Positions 20,494-30,702 of a stretch of 64,000 bases of DNA are shown in pieces (the stretch's first letter is position 1; every line of letters begins with the position of its first letter). The DNA comes from a virus (Duplodnaviria > Caudoviricetes), in IMG/VR virus record IMGVR_UViG_3300035208_004923, positions 352,001 to 416,000 of that record. One strand, written 5' to 3'. Below the pieces are notes generated by a model. The model was not told the DNA's origin. It searched no databases and saw only the letters and a program-made list of their open reading frames with translations. Position numbers and translations under genes: made by a program.

Positions 20494-21687
20494 TTATAAT
20501 TTTAATAGTCCTTGTTCAATATGTCCCGAATATAATTCTCTAAGTTTATCGTGTCCGATATTCAATATTTCAGATTCAAGTTTCGCTCTCCTCCAATTTT
20601 TCGACCAATGTTCATCGGTTTTCACATGTTTTGCTCTTACATATTTGTAAACAGAATTGTAAAACATGTCATTTGGAAATTCTTCTTGTATTCTAGCAAC
20701 CACGCCTTCTTTAGGTGATTCAAATATCATATCGTTCGATAAATGAGATGTGTGTGTCATCAAATCATTTATTATGTCTTCCATTGTTTGCGGCTGTTGA
20801 ACACGGAATTTATTTTCAACTCGCCAGTTTGATGAATCAACTCTGAAAAGAATCGGAACAGTTACAAAATCAAACATTTTTGCCCAATATTCTGTTTCCT
20901 CCCACGATAAGAAAACATCATGTTTCATATTTCTTACACCAAATACGTAAAAGTGTTCCTGCAATCCAGAATAAATAATAGAATGCTCACCATACATATT
21001 TTCGCCACAAATTTCAAGGTCGAAATCTTTTAAATCATTTTTGATTGAATCCCATTTGGGTTTAAGCCATTGCGCCCATGGGTTTTTTGTTGGTGCTGTT
21101 CGTGATCTTGCAAATAAACCGTATTGTGAAATACTTGTGTTTTCGCCATCAAGTTTTTCTGTTATGATAACAGGTCTTTTGTAAAGAATATTTGTATTTT
21201 TTGCAATCCTATCATCTGATGTTGTACCAGGTGAAAATGGAAAATGATAAGTTCGAGGATACTTATCAACAATAGGATCATACGGTTTATCGAAATCTTT
21301 AAGACGAGATTGTATGATCTTTTGAACATTTGCATTGCGGAAGATATATCCTTTCAATCTTCGTCCATCTTTTAAAATTGGATTTCCCCATTTATCATAA
21401 TCCATAACAAATTCGTTAAGTGATAAATCGGAAGGATATAATATGTTTTTTATTTTTGCGTGCGATCTTAAAAATTCGCAAGATATTTCAGTTTCCTCTG
21501 CCAACATATGATGTTCAAAACACAATGAAACACCGTTATCTAAATAATAACCGCCGTCATCGAATAACGAACGGTCGATTATATGATGTGCATCAACTGC
21601 AGGTTTTCCGCATATAACGCATTTATGATTATCTCGTTTGAATACAGATTCTTTGAATTCTGTTCTATTTAACAATGTCTGATTCAT
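20494..21687 (-). CDS. HNH domain fused to ATP-dependent RNA ligase
   Basis: N-term RDNHKCVICG...DAHHII...NGVSLCFEHH; C-term KYPRTYHFPFSPG, TEKLDGEN, EICGEN, EGVVAR, KYVR. Confidence 0.88.
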   Translation of the reverse strand: MNQTLLNRTEFKESVFKRDNHKCVICGKPAVDAHHIIDRSLFDDGGYYLDNGVSLCFEHHMLAEETEISCEFLRSHAKIKNILYPSDLSLNEFVMDYDKWGNPILKDGRRLKGYIFRNANVQKIIQSRLKDFDKPYDPIVDKYPRTYHFPFSPGTTSDDRIAKNTNILYKRPVIITEKLDGENTSISQYGLFARSRTAPTKNPWAQWLKPKWDSIKNDLKDFDLEICGENMYGEHSIIYSGLQEHFYVFGVRNMKHDVFLSWEETEYWAKMFDFVTVPILFRVDSSNWRVENKFRVQQPQTMEDIINDLMTHTSHLSNDMIFESPKEGVVARIQEEFPNDMFYNSVYKYVRAKHVKTDEHWSKNWRRAKLESEILNIGHDKLRELYSGHIEQGLLKL

Positions 21688-21704
21688 ATATAATTTATTT
21701 TATA

Positions 21705-21730
21705 TTATATACACAAAGTGTTCAAAGTTT
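21705..21730 (-). promoter_or_regulatory. Class II promoter-like motif upstream of HNH-RNA ligase
   Basis: AAACT-TTGAACACTTT-GTGTATATAA. Confidence 0.7.
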
Positions 21731-21736
21731 ATAAAT

Positions 21737-22653
21737 TTATGATTTTAAAATTTCTGGCCATGCTGCATAATCAACATTTTCAGACATGCAATATTCGCGA
21801 ACTGAACGCTTTTGAGCAGCAGACATTTTATCAGGCAATACAAAATTAGGTGGGTCAGTCCAACCTAATATACGAGCCCATCCCATATCTTGTAGAATTT
21901 CATAATGATATTTGCCAAATTGCTTTTCAACAAATCCGTATTTATCGCAAAGTTCTGGACAATTGTCTTTTAAGTAATCTGCAGCAAATTCTTCATGACA
22001 CGCAAAACCTACCCAATGAACATGGCCTGACGGTTCAATCCAACAAGATTTATATGTTCTACGAACAACTTCAATACTTACTTCTTCAATTTTTTTAAGT
22101 TCTTTTGTTCCTTCGGTTTTTGCAACTTTTGGTTTTCTTGTTGCTTTCTTGCGTTTTTTTGCAAACACTAGTCTGCCTTCAATAACAGGAACAGATAAAA
22201 TAGTATCATACGGTTTTGCATTTGTTTTCTTGAATGAAAGAACAACCCATTCAAATACTAATTGAAAATCGAATTCTCTGCATAATGAAGGTATTTGGTC
22301 GTCAACCCAATTTCTTGCTTCATATATTGAGTCGAATGTTGTATCTTCAATAACAGTTTCAAAAACTGCTTTGTAAAAAGATGCATTCTCGCAATACGTA
22401 CAATAAAATATGAGTTTTGTGTTTTTCATTATATTAAAACTTTAACAATTTTTGAATCAAAAGATCCATTACTTTCAACGATAACAAATTGCTTGGGATA
22501 CTTTGAATTTTCATTTAAATTTATCGCATGAATTTCACATTCTTCAGCAGAATCAAAATAATGTTTAAATTTACCGGTTGCTGTTTTTGAATTTTTATTA
22601 CCTTGTACTCTTAGTGAGCCGTATTGATAATAATATAAAAGATATGTTAACAT
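21737..22653 (-). CDS. Two hypothetical ORFs (21737..22429, 22429..22653)
   Basis: ORF track, coupled, downstream of class I promoter. Confidence 0.65.
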
Positions 22654-22674
22654 TTTTTGTTTGTTTAATTGTTA

Positions 22675-22713
22675 AAAATCAAATATACAACATTAATGAA
22701 GCAATAGCAATAG
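22675..22713 (-). promoter_or_regulatory. Class I promoter repeat
   Basis: aaaatcaaatatacaacattaatgaagcaatagcaatag. Confidence 0.8.
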
Positions 22714-22721
22714 ATTATGCA

Positions 22722-23072
22722 TTAAAATTTTTCTGGCTCTCCTTGTTTTTCTTCAATTAATTTGTAAAATTCTGCATGAATTCCAGGCCAAGATGAATGC
22801 ACTCTATATGCAGGAAATTTAACATTTTGTTTTTCGCATTCTTTTTTCAAATATTCAGCACAATCCAAACCTGTTTTAGGACCAAGTATGTTATAATCGA
22901 AAGATACAAAATTTGGAATACCGTTTTCCTCAATTACATTGATAAAATCGCCATACGATAACGCTAATTTGAATTCCGCAGTATCATAAATTGATTCATC
23001 ACCAGGATAATCACGACAATGTTTTGGTTGACGTTCATCGTCAAGAAATAAATTATAACTCATAAGTTGCAA
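22722..23072 (-). CDS. Cyclic-phosphate-processing receiver-like domain protein
   Basis: LFLDDERQP, VSFDY, KTGLDCAEYL, VHSS motifs. Confidence 0.7.
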   Translation of the reverse strand: MQLMSYNLFLDDERQPKHCRDYPGDESIYDTAEFKLALSYGDFINVIEENGIPNFVSFDYNILGPKTGLDCAEYLKKECEKQNVKFPAYRVHSSWPGIHAEFYKLIEEKQGEPEKF

Positions 23073-23666
23073 GTTTTTCGTTTAATTCGTTAATGTATTT
23101 TTGGTAAGAATTGATTGTGTTTTTTATTTCAGCAATTTTACGTTCGCGAACAAGTTTTATTTTTGTTGCAATTTCTTCATCGGTTGCTTTGCGAAATTGC
23201 CCTAGCATTAAACCCATATCAGAATCAGCAACTGAAACCGTTTCACCATAGTTATAGAATTTTTCAATTTGATATGCTTCACCAACGTTTCCTTCGCTAT
23301 TGTAATTTACGTAGTATTCAGCAAATCTTTTTCCTTTTACCGGAGCGTGATTATCTAAAGCAGTAACCCAATCACCAACTTTTAAATTTTCAAATGATGT
23401 TATCATGCCTTGTTTAAGATATGACTCATACATTTCTTTTGCTTCGGAATAATTTTCAGGTTTGTACGGATATAAATTACGCAATGTTTTCAACATTTTT
23501 GCCGAATGATTACGGTATGCAGTTGATGCGTTTATATATTTTTTATTGGTTTCCATAATGAGTGCTGCGCGATTAACACCTGCGGTATTGCAAAGGGAAT
23601 TATCTTTAACGATATGAGATATAAGACGTTTATATATGCAATGATTTCTTTTGGATTTGTTATCAT
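23053..23666 (-). CDS. Hypothetical protein; probable true start 23666 separated by a 2-nt frameshift from ORF 23053..23556
   Basis: ATG at typical distance from class I promoter; downstream frame is open across the gap. Confidence 0.5.
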
Positions 23667-23696
23667 ATTTTTAAAATTTTGTTTTGTTTAATTGTT

Positions 23697-23735
23697 AAAA
23701 TCAAATATACAACATTAATGAAGCAATAGCAATAG
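23697..23735 (-). promoter_or_regulatory. Class I promoter repeat
   Basis: Exact consensus copy. Confidence 0.8.
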
Positions 23736-24556
23736 TTATGCAACTTTTTTTATTTTTAATGTTAACATAAATTTTGACATCAACAAATCTCGAAATCTTC
23801 TAAGAACTTCGGGCTTATCCATTTCTGAACCAATTTTGACTGTAAAGAAAATATCAAATTCGTCATGTTTAATATAAGTACCGCCGCATTGCGCCGCGCC
23901 TACAAATAAGTATTGTAATGCTTTTTCTGCCGTCATTTTATTTAAAGATAAATTTAACAATTGCTATCTGTTCATCAACGGTATATCCGTTTTTTATTCC
24001 TTCTTCAATATCTTTTGATATGTTATTCATGCGAACAATAATTCTATCATCTGATAAGAATTCTTGCCAATCAGATTCATTCATCCAAGATTCTCTGAAA
24101 ACATCTGATAGCAATTTTTTGATTTCTTTTTCGTATTTCATATTACCCGAAAATTACTTCTTGATACACTATTGATTGTAAAAGCGAATCTGCAGTACAT
24201 GCATCATCATTGCCTTCAACGTAATCAATTAAAGTTGTTGCCGGTGCAAACTTGTAGTTTTCATGCACCATTTCTAGGGTAATTTCGCGATTATATTCGC
24301 CTTCGCATTCCTCATCAATAATTTGCAATGTTTTACCATTTCTCAATATTTCAACAAGTACATCTTCGAAACAAATAGTTTCACTTGGGATTTCGTTGTT
24401 CAACATTTTTGCTTTAAGTGAACATTTTGCATCAAGATAATCGGATTGCATATAGTCAAGTCGTAAACCGTATCCTTGGAATTCAGAAATTCCGCCATTG
24501 CATAAAGCTGAATGAAAGTATTCTTCAGCTTCTTTTTTTGATAAAATAATTTCCAT
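23736..24556 (-). CDS. Three small hypothetical ORFs (23736..23960, 23938..24141, 24143..24556)
   Basis: ORF track. Confidence 0.6.
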
Positions 24557-24560
24557 ATTC

Positions 24561-24957
24561 TTATTTTGCTAAAAGTGAATCAAATATTTCTTTTTGCGAT
24601 TTTGTCATATCAGGAACGTATATGAATTCATAATTCTCATATGCATGTTCGATACGTAACATTTTTACTCGTCTTGAATAAATGCCATTTGCTGTTTCTT
24701 CAATTTGCTCGATGATATCATCAGTATCATCAGTATGTGGTTTTGCTACTGCAATTGCGGTTAGTCTTGCAATGTATTCTGCTTTTTCTTTTTGCAAGGA
24801 ATCAGGAACTTCGTCGTTAATTGATATTTTGTACTTTGGATACTCCTGGCTTTTCCATTGCGCCTTTTGATTTTGGTGTACACGCAATAACAAATAATGT
24901 TAAAATTATAGCAATAGCATTGGCAGATACAACAAAACGTGTGATATAACATTTCAT
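24561..24957 (-). pseudogene. Putative lipoprotein gene interrupted by a 1-nt frameshift
   Basis: ATG 24957 gives MKCYITRFVVSANAIAIILTLFVIAC-TPKSK (lipobox-like) ending early; body continues in the frame of 24561..24893. Confidence 0.5.
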
Positions 24958-24988
24958 AATTTTAAGATTTAAGATTTATCAATTAATT

Positions 24989-25027
24989 AAAATCAAATAT
25001 ACAACATTATGAATGCAATAGCAATGG
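24989..25027 (-). promoter_or_regulatory. Class I promoter repeat
   Basis: aaaatcaaatatacaacattatgaatgcaatagcaatgg. Confidence 0.8.
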
Positions 25028-25055
25028 TTTATGCAAATATTTTCAAAAAATGTGT

Positions 25056-25085
25056 AAAAAAAAAGGAACCCGATTGAGTTCCTTT
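25056..25085 (-). terminator. Intrinsic terminator after RIP-leader gene pair
   Basis: Minus strand GGAACTC-AATC-GGGTTCC followed by T9. Confidence 0.8.
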
Positions 25086-25107
25086 GTGATGTTATAATAA
25101 TGTATGT

Positions 25108-25749
25108 TTATTTGTTATATTTCTTACCGCTGAATACATCGGATTTGATGACATAGTTTACTAATTTTTGAGATCCCATGTCAAATAAGTTATTTGTTGA
25201 AACAATAAAACACCAATCAGAATACATTTTTATAACAAATACATCCTTTGCAACTTCGTTTACTTTGCCGCCATCATGCGACAATTTCTTTAACGCTAAT
25301 TTAGGACTATCTGCAGATACTGTTGTTGAACCGTAGTTATTGCCTCTATTTGCTAATGCGCTTTCAATTGCTCCTTTGATTGTTTCTTTACCGACGCCGC
25401 CCATGCTAACACTTATGACATAATATTCTGTTCCGTATTCGATAAGACCCCACTTATTTAATTGTTTTGCAATTGCTGGATATTTTTCTGGCGTAAATAA
25501 ATCAAAGTGTGATTCAAAGTCAGAAATTTCTACATCACTATAATGTTCTTGATTAGGATTTGCATACGTTAAGTATACATACTGTTTTTTTGGAGAATAT
25601 TGTGCAGCTTTCTTTATATACGGTTCTCCCTTTAAAAACCTTCCTATGTCACCATTCAAATTACTTGTGCATATATAAATTTCTAATGGCTTTTTAGCAG
25701 CTTCATTAACAAATTCAAAGCTATCAAATGTAGGTATTCTGTTTTTCAT
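25108..25749 (-). CDS. RIP-leader protein (putative internal virion protein)
   Basis: MKNRIPTFDSFEFVNEA. Confidence 0.7.
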   Translation of the reverse strand: MKNRIPTFDSFEFVNEAAKKPLEIYICTSNLNGDIGRFLKGEPYIKKAAQYSPKKQYVYLTYANPNQEHYSDVEISDFESHFDLFTPEKYPAIAKQLNKWGLIEYGTEYYVISVSMGGVGKETIKGAIESALANRGNNYGSTTVSADSPKLALKKLSHDGGKVNEVAKDVFVIKMYSDWCFIVSTNNLFDMGSQKLVNYVIKSDVFSGKKYNK

Positions 25750-25751
25750 AA

Positions 25752-26324
25752 TTACTTTTTCTTTTTATTGCATTCGTATAAATTTGATGTAATTTGTGGT
25801 GGCAATTGCTCAAATTTCATATCAGCATATTTTTCACAATCATCAGGATCTTCGCACGCGCCAGATACTGCTTCACATCTATCATCAAAACTCATTTTAT
25901 CCCATGTTTGTTTTGTAATAAGAACTTGTTTGCCTTCATTTGTTTTGATTTCATCATACAGTTCTTTCAACTTCTTACCGCCAAATTTGCTTATAAGATT
26001 TTTAAATTCGTCTTTGAATCTTTTTTCAAATTCCGCAAAAGTATCGCATTCATCAGCTAATGCATAAACGTCAGAAAGATCTGATTCGTTTACAAAACTT
26101 TCATTTGTTTCGCTTTGAACTCTGTTATACAACTCGTGCAATTTCACACCTTTAAAATTACGAACAAATTGTTTAAAATCTACGTTAAATCTTTTGTCGA
26201 ATTCTTCAAATGTATCACATTCTTTTGCTAACGATTCTATATCAGATAGTATGTCAGATATTTCTTTTTCATTAACTTTTGATTCGTTGATGTATTCATC
26301 GAGTGTAGGTATTCTTCTTTCCAT
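25752..26324 (-). CDS. RIP-leader protein with duplicated internal module
   Basis: MERRIPTLDEYINESKVNE; LAxECDTFxEFxKRF...GxKLxELY twice; several xNE sites. Confidence 0.7.
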   Translation of the reverse strand: MERRIPTLDEYINESKVNEKEISDILSDIESLAKECDTFEEFDKRFNVDFKQFVRNFKGVKLHELYNRVQSETNESFVNESDLSDVYALADECDTFAEFEKRFKDEFKNLISKFGGKKLKELYDEIKTNEGKQVLITKQTWDKMSFDDRCEAVSGACEDPDDCEKYADMKFEQLPPQITSNLYECNKKKK

Positions 26325-26352
26325 TATATGTACTTTATTTTATATATTCCAA

Positions 26353-27759
26353 TTATTTAATAGCATTTATATAATAATTTCGCTCAAAGTATTTAGTCAA
26401 ACTTCCATGCATATCAGGACCATAATTTTTGAATGATTTTTCTAAATTTGAATACGATGGCCTTTGGAATACCGTCATGGGAACTGCAAGATACGATTTG
26501 TCATTTCTTTGAATATCGCATAAAATCCAATCCCATATGTCTCTAAGGTTATTATCGTTTAAATCTGTTATATGTTCTGTTCTTTTAATAATTTCATCAA
26601 ATACCGTATGATTGTAACATATTGCATGCGCTAACAAACCTTCCTTCAATTTCAATAAATTGGCAGATGATTGAAAAACATAAGTATTTAACCAAACGCC
26701 AAAATACAAAAGTTCCCAATCAGTTTCCTGCACTTGACACGTTGCTTTATAAATTGTATTATGAACAGACTTTGCATTACGGAAAATTACATCATCTTCA
26801 AATATCAGGATATTTTTTAATCCTTTATCTTTTGCATATTTTATTAATGTAGAAAAAGATTTCAAACAGCCTAACGGGCCATTTTCATTTTCGATTGCAG
26901 AGAATCTTTTAACCCTATCTTTAATTCCAATTGCATCAAATTCGATTAAGCATTCTTCCCATCTATCTTTACGGCTATCTAAATTGATACACCAAATTTC
27001 TTCAAAAAAATCAAATGGATTGTGTAAAGGCTCACTGTTTATCGTTTTGAATTGTGGCGTTATACCAGCAGCAATTAATTCGGTTGAAAATGTTTCTTCT
27101 GATTCAATAAAATCTTTTATGTATCTTTGGTTATACATTTTAATACAAAGATTCTTATGGTAATCAATTACGTTTTGAGCGTCAGAATACGATTCATATT
27201 GCAATGCAATCATGGGTGATGCCATTACTGTTATGTTATCATATTGTAATTTTTGCAATTTTACATCGTATATGTTTTCATGCGTATCGGTATACGAATT
27301 TTCATTGAATAATGATATTACTGAATCGTATATGTTTGCATTATAGCAAACAGCATGTGTATACGCAGCATCACGTATTTTTGCAAGGTTAGGTCGAATA
27401 TGTCCAAAATCATGAACTACATATGCACCAAAATAAAATAAAGACCAATTGATTTCTTTTAATTGATTTACGCAGTTGCTTATTGTATTGATGTCAGCTG
27501 TAAATTCTACATCATCCTCAAATATAAGAATGTTTTTCAATCCTTTATCTTTTGCATATTTAATTATTGCAACATTCGATTTTATAATTCCATCGATGTG
27601 TGATTCGTGATTTTCAATTGCCGAAAACCGTTGAACACGATGCTCTATGCCAATTTTAGAAAATTCTTCAAGCGCATGATTCCATCTGTCTTTTCGACGG
27701 TCTAAATTAATACACCAAATTTCTTCAAAAAAATCAAAAGGGTTTGTGTCTATTGACAT
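26353..27759 (-). CDS. Tandem two-domain glycosyltransferase family 25
   Basis: NPFDFFEEIWCINLDxRKDRW...RFSAIE...LKNILIFEDDV...HAxCYN occurs twice. Confidence 0.88.
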   Translation of the reverse strand: MSIDTNPFDFFEEIWCINLDRRKDRWNHALEEFSKIGIEHRVQRFSAIENHESHIDGIIKSNVAIIKYAKDKGLKNILIFEDDVEFTADINTISNCVNQLKEINWSLFYFGAYVVHDFGHIRPNLAKIRDAAYTHAVCYNANIYDSVISLFNENSYTDTHENIYDVKLQKLQYDNITVMASPMIALQYESYSDAQNVIDYHKNLCIKMYNQRYIKDFIESEETFSTELIAAGITPQFKTINSEPLHNPFDFFEEIWCINLDSRKDRWEECLIEFDAIGIKDRVKRFSAIENENGPLGCLKSFSTLIKYAKDKGLKNILIFEDDVIFRNAKSVHNTIYKATCQVQETDWELLYFGVWLNTYVFQSSANLLKLKEGLLAHAICYNHTVFDEIIKRTEHITDLNDNNLRDIWDWILCDIQRNDKSYLAVPMTVFQRPSYSNLEKSFKNYGPDMHGSLTKYFERNYYINAIK

Positions 27760-28002
27760 ATTTATTCTTTATGAAAGATTGCTTCTAATATTTTGTTATC
27801 TGATTCCAAGAATTCTTGTACCTCAGCATAAGGTTTTAAAACAATGTATATTTCATTTACACCGTTTTTATCTTTTGTTCCAATAAATTCGATGCGGGTT
27901 GTATGTTTCTCTCTCCAGTTATTTGATATTTTACAAGTTCCTAAGATTAGAGTTTCTGCACCGCCGTTGATTATTTTCATGATTTCATAACATTATTTTA
28001 TG

Positions 28003-28305
28003 TTATGGAGTTTTAAGTGATGCTACGCATTCTCTATAGCATGTCCACAATTTATTATCAATTTCGTATAACTTATTAACGTTTTCACGTTCGTCAGACC
28101 AAGGAATTTGAACTTTAAAATGATACACATTTTCTAGAACTTTGCCTGTTCCGTTACAATTTTCGCATGTCACAAAAGTACTATCTCTAAATCCATGTTC
28201 CTCTCGTTTACCACTGCCTTTACACGTTTCGCATAACTTAATATCCATTGTTTTATATATTACTTTGTTGTTGGACTTTCGAATGTTTATCTGATACTTT
28301 GGCAC
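28003..28305 (-). CDS. Small protein with DnaJ-type CxxCxGxG zinc finger pair
   Basis: CETCKGSG...CENCNGTG. Confidence 0.7.
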   Translation of the reverse strand: MPKYQINIRKSNNKVIYKTMDIKLCETCKGSGKREEHGFRDSTFVTCENCNGTGKVLENVYHFKVQIPWSDERENVNKLYEIDNKLWTCYRECVASLKTP

Positions 28306-28491
28306 GTTCTTTTTCTAATGCACGTGTGATTTTACTCTTTGGAAAGAAAACCCTAATTAAAGAAACCGGAACTAAGGGTGCCCACCAAAATGTTAACCAA
28401 ATAGGAATATGTCCTATTGCAAATAATGAAACTAAAATTGCAACAACTGCTATTCCGATTGTTCCAAAAAATATGTAATCAGCTATTCTCA

Positions 28492-29196
28492 TTAATATGC
28501 ATTTAAGTGTGCCATCAATTCAATTACGCCTGATGTTGCTGGTTTTTGTATATGAACAAAAGAGACATCAGATTTTGAATTTACTTCAGCAGGGTCGATT
28601 AAATAAATTTCAGTTGTGGTTGCAATATCAAGTAATGATGCTGCAGGATATACTTGTAAGCTTGTTCCTACAACGACAACAATATCAGCATCACGTACAA
28701 TTTTTGCAGCTTCATGCATTTTAGGAACTGCTTCGCCAAAGAACACAACAGCAGGTCTGTAATCAGGTCTTTCTTTTAAATCTAAAGGAGCGTATCCTAT
28801 ATCAATTGTTTGCGAATTATCACCTCTTAATACATAAACAGGATCTTGGTCTTTACGAATTTTTGTTAATTCACCATGAATATGTAAAATATTTGTACTT
28901 CCCGCTCGTTCGTGTAAATCATCAACGTTTTGTGTAATCACATGTACGTCAAAGTGTTTTTCAAGTCGGACGATATTAAAATGCGCGCTATTGGGTTTTA
29001 TTGATTCAAGATCTTTTCGTCTTTCATTATAAAACTCATTCATTTTATCTTTCATCGAATGCCAAGATCTGATATTTGCATATACAGCAGGATCATATTT
29101 TTCCCATAAGCCCCCTTTGTCACGATATGTATCAATTCCGCTTTCTTTTGAAATACCAGCACCTGTTATGAATACTAATTTTTGTTTCTTTTCCAT
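28492..29196 (-). CDS. cobB: Sir2/CobB NAD-dependent protein deacylase
   Basis: TGAGISKESGIDTYRD, ITQNVDDLHERAG, HIHGEL, RPAVVFFGE, VGTSLQVYPAA. Confidence 0.93.
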   Translation of the reverse strand: MEKKQKLVFITGAGISKESGIDTYRDKGGLWEKYDPAVYANIRSWHSMKDKMNEFYNERRKDLESIKPNSAHFNIVRLEKHFDVHVITQNVDDLHERAGSTNILHIHGELTKIRKDQDPVYVLRGDNSQTIDIGYAPLDLKERPDYRPAVVFFGEAVPKMHEAAKIVRDADIVVVVGTSLQVYPAASLLDIATTTEIYLIDPAEVNSKSDVSFVHIQKPATSGVIELMAHLNAY

Positions 29197-30054
29197 TATT
29201 CTAAATTTTGTGTTATTACCGATATTGACTTAAGTGATTCAATCAACGCTTCTCTTGCTGGTAAATGTTTCCTACATGTGTATGTAATTGATAAAAATCC
29301 TAATATAAATTGTAAAGAATATTTTTCAGTTGACAATTTTGCTAGAATGTCATTGCATTCTTCGTATTTTTTTTCAATACATAAATCATCAAGTCTATCC
29401 ATTACAAAATCTAATACACGTGCAGTACTTTCCATTGAAATAATGCAATCTAGCATTATGTAAAATGCTTTTGTTTTATCTTCGATACTTAAATCCGATT
29501 TATCTTCTTTATACATTGGATTATTTGGGTCAATGCATAAGTCAATTTCTCTGATTAAACCGCATGCTTCACGCCATGTGTATTCGTTTGTTTGTTCACC
29601 AATATTATTTGCAATATGTTCTAGAAACTTTTTTGTTTCTAGCAGTACCATATTTAGATGTTCGTTATTCTTCATCGTTATTCTTTAATTTTCTCAACTC
29701 GAGTATTCGCATATTAGGATTATTATTAATTTCTTGTTTTATCCAATCAGCATATTGTGCAGCAGTTTCTACTGAATCGAAATACAAACAAATTGACTTT
29801 GCATCTTCATTATTGCCTTGACATATGAGGATATATGGTCTCAAATAAACCGCATTATCAATAATTGCATAATAAGATAGCGCGCCAATATCTTCTAATG
29901 TAACTTTTGTTTGCTTAAACGTTACATCATTTTGTTTATTTTTTATGCATTCAGTTAATTTTGTTGTATAGATAGTATGCAAAGATTTATCATGAACTTC
30001 GATATCTCTAATATTATTTACATTAATGTATCTTTTAAATAGCATCCTTTTCAA
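29196..30054 (-). CDS. Two hypothetical ORFs (29196..29675, 29665..30054)
   Basis: ORF track. Confidence 0.65.
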
Positions 30055-30442
30055 TTATTAAGTTATTTTTTAAATTATCTATCATGTATCGACGCCATAA
30101 TCTGCTAACAGGATGTGGCAATTTTTTATGTTCAACTTTTAAATCGTCAAGTGCTTTACCAGCAGTTTTACCACATGCAATTATTGCAAACCAAGAATCT
30201 CTATCAATTGCTGATTTAACCCATTTTAAATCAACAGGAAACTTTGTATCTTTGTTATCTGCAATTTCTGGAGTTGTTTCAGTAAACCAAAGTTCAAAGT
30301 GTTCTTCAAGAGAAAGCAGTCTTGAATATGTTGCGTTTTTTCGATTGATGATTCTTGTATCATATACAGGAATCTTGAACTTGTTTTTACGATATCCGTA
30401 AAAATTTTCAAGTACAATAAGTATTTTTGGTTTTTCTTCCAT
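30035..30442 (-). CDS. Possible minimal uracil-DNA glycosylase-fold protein
   Basis: KILIVLEN, IIACGKTAGKAL, LPHPVSR resemble UDG superfamily motifs. Confidence 0.5.
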   Translation of the reverse strand: MEEKPKILIVLENFYGYRKNKFKIPVYDTRIINRKNATYSRLLSLEEHFELWFTETTPEIADNKDTKFPVDLKWVKSAIDRDSWFAIIACGKTAGKALDDLKVEHKKLPHPVSRLWRRYMIDNLKNNLIIEKDAI

Positions 30443-30676
30443 TACGCAATAAGTAATACTTTTGATGCAATTCTTTCAACATTTTCAATATTTGTTTCTT
30501 TTGCAGTTTTTAATGCTGCAAGATAACCGTCAATGTATCCTTCTTTGGCAGCACCAAATTTATCTTCGGAAATTCTACCGACAGCATGCAATCCGTTATA
30601 TGTATGAAATTTATCTTCAGCGTATTGCCATGCAACAAATTCTAGTTCATCATTCTCCATTGGTATCAATTTTATT

Positions 30677-30702
30677 TTATATACACAATGAAGGAAAAGT
30701 TT
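30677..30702 (-). promoter_or_regulatory. Class II promoter-like motif (implies true start MENDELEF at 30660)
   Basis: AAACT-TTTCCTTCATT-GTGTATATAA. Confidence 0.7.
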
